Positions 60,392 through 64,000 of a DNA stretch of 64,000 nucleotides are shown in pieces. The translations under genes were made by a program, and so were the position numbers. The DNA is from a candidate division WS6 bacterium GW2011_GWF2_39_15 (GTDB lineage: Bacteria > Patescibacteriota > Dojkabacteria > SC72), in NCBI GenBank assembly GCA_000993565.1, contig LBWK01000002.1, positions 4,121-68,120 of the forward strand. The letters are read 5' to 3'. A model generated the notes under the pieces. That model did not search any database and was not told the origin of the DNA. It was given only the letters and a program-made list of their open reading frames with translations. The stretch's first letter is position 1, and each line of letters starts with the position of its first letter.

Positions 60392-60456
60392 ATACAAGAA
60401 ATGGTAGTAGATACCGGATTGGTATTATATAGAATCTAATTTCTTATTTAACATCA

Positions 60457-60609
60457 ATGAAGGATGATTTAGTTAAACTCCTTGGGCTTATTGAGGAGCT
60501 GTTTTTCACTGTACCGAAGAGGGATAAAAACGAGATGAAGAAAAAAGTTGCTGAGATTGATAATGTTTGGGAAAAGATTAAAAAGAAAATATTAAAAATC
60601 TACGCCTAA
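60457..60609 (+). CDS. Small helical hypothetical protein (50 aa), not in ORF track
   Basis: MKDDLVKLLGLIEELFFTVPKRDKNEMKKKVAEIDNVWEKIKKKILKIYA*; divergent from the XRE gene. Confidence 0.5.
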   Translation: MKDDLVKLLGLIEELFFTVPKRDKNEMKKKVAEIDNVWEKIKKKILKIYA

Positions 60610-61030
60610 GTCTTCTTCTCTGTGAAAGTCTCGGAGTCACGATAATACTCCAGTTTTCTTTAAGCCACTGTTTTGAAAGAGTTAGCTCTTTTTCCAAACC
60701 TCTTTTTGTGAGATCTTTTTCCACTATGTTACCTCTATGTGGATCACTGTAGAGCTTAGGAAGTGGTGAGTTAAAACCGTGAGAATAGTGAACGATCTCG
60801 TGTGCAATGGTTGATATTAAAACGTGTTCAGGAATTTCGGGGCTCATAAAGAATCTCGTAAGAACAATCTTCGATTCACTGTCATCTCCTCTTTTGGATT
60901 TAATTGCTCCAAGCTGCCTGTATGAATGTTTGCCGAATCTGATACTTACTTTGTTCACCCTGGGAACATCTGCAAAGTACCTATTCCATATAGCTTCAAG
61001 AAGAACTATTAAATACTGATTATCTCTCAT
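60578..61030 (-). CDS. SprT-like zinc metalloprotease
   Basis: IAHEIVH (HExxH), downstream PH.G third ligand, LGAI strand; basic C-tail. Confidence 0.75.
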   Translation of the reverse strand: MRDNQYLIVLLEAIWNRYFADVPRVNKVSIRFGKHSYRQLGAIKSKRGDDSESKIVLTRFFMSPEIPEHVLISTIAHEIVHYSHGFNSPLPKLYSDPHRGNIVEKDLTKRGLEKELTLSKQWLKENWSIIVTPRLSQRRRLRRRFLIFSF

Positions 61031-61053
61031 GGGCTATATTATATACGAAACTA

Positions 61054-61566
61054 TTAGGAATAAACGAAAGATTGTGACATTTGCATTCGGGAAGCCATTT
61101 GTTGGGATCTTTCTATGTATGCTTGGGCGAGTCCTTGTCTGCCTCTGTGACTAGCAGTTGCCCAATCTTGAAAGAACTCAAAAGGTGGCTTCAGGTCGTA
61201 TCCGTTTGCGGCTATCCAATGTATATTCCTGAACGTGAATGATTCGTAAAGCCCCTTTACACCGGGATTCTTTCTTTGGATCTCTTCTACAACATGACAT
61301 CCCACACATAAACATCTGCCATTTTTTATATTAGTATCCGGTTCTGACTTATGTTTTGCCGGGTAGTGAGCCATATTAACCGTGTATCCTTCATCAAAAG
61401 AAAGTGGGTGCCCGACCATGTACTCACCTATGCAATGATCCGCCTGGCATACACCGTGATCTCTTTTATACATCTCCCTAGCAACATCTCGTGTAAAGGC
61501 TAAGCCTGCGGCAATTGCTGCCGTGCTAGTCATCACTGCCATTAGTGTCTGGTTGAGTTCAAACAT
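61054..61566 (-). CDS. HNH-endonuclease-like protein with hydrophobic N-terminus
   Basis: R....RD...CQ...C, AH...H, N...LCVGCH pattern of zinc-binding HNH domains. Confidence 0.7.
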   Translation of the reverse strand: MFELNQTLMAVMTSTAAIAAGLAFTRDVAREMYKRDHGVCQADHCIGEYMVGHPLSFDEGYTVNMAHYPAKHKSEPDTNIKNGRCLCVGCHVVEEIQRKNPGVKGLYESFTFRNIHWIAANGYDLKPPFEFFQDWATASHRGRQGLAQAYIERSQQMASRMQMSQSFVYS

Positions 61567-61583
61567 ATGTAAATTGTTAAAAT

Positions 61584-61661
61584 TTATCCAGCAATAAATA
61601 ACAACATTACTGTTGCAGAAACAATTTTCAGGCCCGAATCTCTTAGAATTAAAAATAACAT
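61584..61661 (-). CDS. Putative small hydrophobic peptide (25 aa)
   Basis: MLFLILRDSGLKIVSATVMLLFIAG*; AAGGAG 7 nt upstream of ATG; ends 17 nt before the HNH start. Confidence 0.35.
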   Translation of the reverse strand: MLFLILRDSGLKIVSATVMLLFIAG

Positions 61662-61987
61662 TTAAACGCTCCTTAGAAAATTATAGGCTGATAATGTCGC
61701 CGTAATAGTATAAGTTTGGTACTAGTTGAGATATACAAGTGAGTAGGATAAACATGCGGTCACTATAAGTAGAGAGATAGATAATTGGTCATATTGAGAT
61801 TGATAAAAATCGAGCTATGATTAGACATTCAGCATGATTGTTAGAGGCCTAATACCTTTAACTGTAGCGGAGATTGAATAGCCATGATAATATAGTAATG
61901 TAACTGTTTCTCCACGAAGTATATAAAATCCCACGATAAGTTAACTATTGCTTTTTTCCCTCTCGAAGATGCTATTATATCTGATAT

Positions 61988-63733
61988 ATGCAAATAACAA
62001 AGAAGGTAAAGCTGGGTGTACTTTTTAAAATTCTTAAACTTGTATACGGACTATTTCCTTTACAGGCAATAACCAGGGACTTTGTTTTTATAATAGTAAT
62101 TGCCTTGGAAATGTACGGTATCAAGGTGGGAGGACAGTTTATCGATGCTACAGCAAGGTTGTTAATTGACCATTTCGAGTTTACTTTCGCTTCCTATTTT
62201 ATTACCGATTCTTTCTTCTATCTTACATTAGGGCTAGGTATATGGATGTTAATATCGGCCTTAAATAGTCTAAGGAACTTCCTTTACGAATCTATCTTTA
62301 AAAAGGTGCAGTTTCATATGCAGAGTGCACTGCTGGAGGGTATTGCCAGAGCAAACCTTGAAGATGTTGAAAGAAAGGAGTTTCGAGACCTCTTGGAGTT
62401 TGTACCTAAGTTTTCTTATGAGAACATTCTTGCTACTTACCAGGGCTTTTCCGATGGTATTAAGTGGTTTATACGAGGTGTTGCGGCCATGTTTATTCTT
62501 TTCAGCTCACTTGGATTGCCTGCATTACTCCTTATAGTCTTTGTACTTCCTGAGAATCTTGCAGGACATTTGAATAGGAAGAAACGACATGACTACAATA
62601 ATTCCGAAGTAGAGAGGATGAAGAAGGTCAGTTATTTTGATAACCTGATTACCAGGCTCCCATTCTTTCCTGAGTTACGCGTAGACAACTCGGTGAGATA
62701 TCTTAAAGAGAGATACGAAAAAGACGGAGGGGCAGTTATGAATGGGTTTATTGAACTTTTAAAACATTACTACATAGATACTACTCTTTTTAATATCATT
62801 GGAAGACTTCTGCTTACGGGGTTTATCATATTTATCTTGGTTATATCGCTCATCCTGAAATTCTCAATCGGTAGTTTTAAGGCTCTCTATGATTACACGG
62901 TCACGGCATATGAGAGCTTTTTGGAATTTGTGGGAACGATACTTCGTGTTTCTACGTATCTTGATTACGCAGAGAAATATTTTGAATATATTGAGTACAA
63001 AGGCTTTGGAGATGTTATACACGGCGAAGGACTATTAAACGCTGAGACACCGGATCTAGAGCTCAAAGACCTTAGCTATATATATCTGGACTCTGGAAGA
63101 AAAGCTTTAAATGATGTGAACCTTAAGGTTGAAGCAGGGAAACACGTTGCAATTATCGGAAGTGACGGGTCCGGGAAGTCTTCTCTTGTCAGGATACTGT
63201 GCGGCCTTTATAGAATTGTTGACGGGAATTACATGATAGGAGGAATCTCTATTAAGGATCTTGCCAGAGGCGAGCTGAAGAAGAAAGTGAGTGTAGTGTT
63301 TCAGGAATTTGTTAATTATAATCTGAGTTTGAAAGAGAATATAACTCTCACTTCAGATAGGAAGCGTATAAACAGAATGCTTTACGATAAAGCATTAAGT
63401 ATTTCGGGGGTTGATAAGATGATGGAGAAGGAAGGTATACTTGAGCACCAGGTTCTGGGCAAGTATTTCTCAGGCGGACGCGAGATCTCTCCGGGGTATT
63501 GGCAGAGACTTGCAATTGCCAGAGCAATCTATCGAGACCGTGATGTATATATCCTGGATGAGCCATTTCTTCATATTGATGAGGAATCCAGAGGCAAAAT
63601 CCTTCAGTCACTTCTTTCATATATAGGCAACCTGCATTCACTCATTTACATTACACAGGAAGAAGATTTTCTGGACCTGTTTGATGATGTCTATGACCTA
63701 AAAAACGGTAAACTTGTTAAGAGGAGTAAATAA
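61988..63733 (+). CDS. ABC exporter, fused TMD-NBD
   Basis: N-terminal TMs; Walker A GSDGSGKS, Q-loop VFQE, signature ISPGYWQR, Walker B YILDEP. Confidence 0.9.
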   Translation: MQITKKVKLGVLFKILKLVYGLFPLQAITRDFVFIIVIALEMYGIKVGGQFIDATARLLIDHFEFTFASYFITDSFFYLTLGLGIWMLISALNSLRNFLYESIFKKVQFHMQSALLEGIARANLEDVERKEFRDLLEFVPKFSYENILATYQGFSDGIKWFIRGVAAMFILFSSLGLPALLLIVFVLPENLAGHLNRKKRHDYNNSEVERMKKVSYFDNLITRLPFFPELRVDNSVRYLKERYEKDGGAVMNGFIELLKHYYIDTTLFNIIGRLLLTGFIIFILVISLILKFSIGSFKALYDYTVTAYESFLEFVGTILRVSTYLDYAEKYFEYIEYKGFGDVIHGEGLLNAETPDLELKDLSYIYLDSGRKALNDVNLKVEAGKHVAIIGSDGSGKSSLVRILCGLYRIVDGNYMIGGISIKDLARGELKKKVSVVFQEFVNYNLSLKENITLTSDRKRINRMLYDKALSISGVDKMMEKEGILEHQVLGKYFSGGREISPGYWQRLAIARAIYRDRDVYILDEPFLHIDEESRGKILQSLLSYIGNLHSLIYITQEEDFLDLFDDVYDLKNGKLVKRSK

Positions 63734-64000
63734 TGGAGATAGTATATTGGATAATAGTTGCTCTTGGCTATTCAATATCTGTTTATGCCATCGGGTATGC
63801 CTTTGTTGTTGGGTTATCCTTTTTTAACGATGTTCCTTATGTCCCCTTGGAAAGGAAGGCAATTAAGTTTGCGGTTGAATGTTTAGAACTGAGTAAAGGG
63901 GATCGTTTTATAGACATAGGATCGGGGGATGGCAGAGTGGTAAGATATGTTTCTGGTAAATATCCCAGACTTAAGTCCTGTACCGGAATTGATAATTCCA
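63733..64000 (+). CDS. Membrane-anchored class I SAM methyltransferase, 3'-truncated by window edge
   Basis: Manual translation MEIVYWII...DVPYVP...FIDIGSGDGRVV...TGIDNS; TAATG coupling to the ABC gene. Confidence 0.8.
   Translation, partial: MEIVYWIIVALGYSISVYAIGYAFVVGLSFFNDVPYVPLERKAIKFAVECLELSKGDRFIDIGSGDGRVVRYVSGKYPRLKSCTGIDNS

Noticed and set aside
61662-61987. HEARO/omega-like ncRNA beside the HNH gene
   Set aside because: No convincing stems visible, and the HNH protein lacks IscB features (PLMP, RuvC); needs a covariance search to exclude fully.

Overview
Bacterial chromosome segment, AT-rich and very gene-dense, using genetic code 11. The gene set resembles a CPR/Patescibacteria genome, plausibly Dojkabacteria/Microgenomates-like (inference from gene content: FtsA-like plus baseplate-J-like pair, SDR-DUF4012 fusion, O-antigen ligase-TPR, PilN/PilO, ComF, short HrcA, C-terminally shortened ValRS). 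Housekeeping loci are rnj, valS with a complete Val T-box, metG, rpoD, rsmA, dnaG, rodZ-like, ftsK, rpoB-rpoC-rpsL-rpsG, rplY, hrcA-grpE-dnaK and groES-groEL (both with CIRCE operators), dcd, comF, murJ and tRNA-Ser(GGA). Small accessory patches lie at 1.6-4.2 kb, 10.9-13.6 kb, 16.2-18.1 kb and 59.3-62 kb. I saw no CRISPR array, transposase or prophage. Best leads: (1) a PBECR/RelE-like RNase gene whose 3' end overlaps a GC-rich multi-stem RNA-like structure; (2) a coupled actin-like ATPase plus membrane-anchored baseplate-J-like protein with no ftsZ or phage context; (3) a non-autocleavable LexA-like repressor next to an HExxH protease and an HNH nuclease; (4) an extensively substituted rifamycin pocket in RpoB plus a K87R-equivalent in S12; (5) pervasive leaderless transcription; (6) a MraY/WecA homolog lacking catalytic aspartates. 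All domain calls come from motif recognition by eye, not database searches.
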